Shown here piece by piece: positions 36,321 through 36,332 of a stretch of DNA of 36,332 nucleotides. How positions within the stretch are numbered: the first letter of the stretch is position 1; every line of letters begins with the position of its first letter. The notes beneath the pieces are model-generated. The model worked only from the letters and a program-made list of their open reading frames with translations. It made no database searches and had not been told where the DNA came from. The stretch is from an uncultured virus (IMG/VR IMGVR_UViG_3300038312_000251) (lineage: Duplodnaviria; Heunggongvirae; Uroviricota; Caudoviricetes), in IMG/VR virus record IMGVR_UViG_3300038312_000251; one strand, given 5' to 3'. A program made the position numbers and the translations under genes.

Positions 36321-36332
36321 GACTGAAACAAA

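Noticed and set aside
1..36332. Stop-codon reassignment as seen in some Bacteroidota phages
   Set aside because: Genes are full length and densely packed in the standard code; TAA, TAG and TGA all terminate genes at sensible boundaries.

Overview
The window is about 36 kb of a large contractile-tailed (myovirus) phage genome, with essentially all genes on the minus strand. In transcription order (right to left) it holds: a GH108 endolysin and a lipoprotein; a fused prohead protease/scaffold; the major capsid protein; neck genes; sheath, tube, a tail-chaperone pair and tape measure; a baseplate (split hub with an M23 peptidase, spike, gp25-like, J-like); and a 1371-aa mosaic receptor-binding protein (RBP). 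After a repeat-containing intergenic gap come an SF2 helicase, a free-standing GIY-YIG/NUMOD3 homing endonuclease, a DnaB-like helicase (broken only by an N gap), a primase, a phage sigma factor and a truncated acidic protein. Gene order and capsid/sheath motifs resemble Herelleviridae (Twort/SPO1-like). However, a TTTG-N19-TAnnTTyG promoter, A-rich leaders mostly lacking Shine-Dalgarno sequences, the lipoprotein and the fibre motifs point to a Bacteroidota host. The most intriguing signal is a set of short conserved DNA junction motifs (TCAATTAGCGGG twice in frame; TGAT(T)CGGCAGG twice at the 3' end) bracketing the variable RBP modules, suggesting a cassette-exchange mechanism. All product calls come from motif reading and synteny; no database searches were run.
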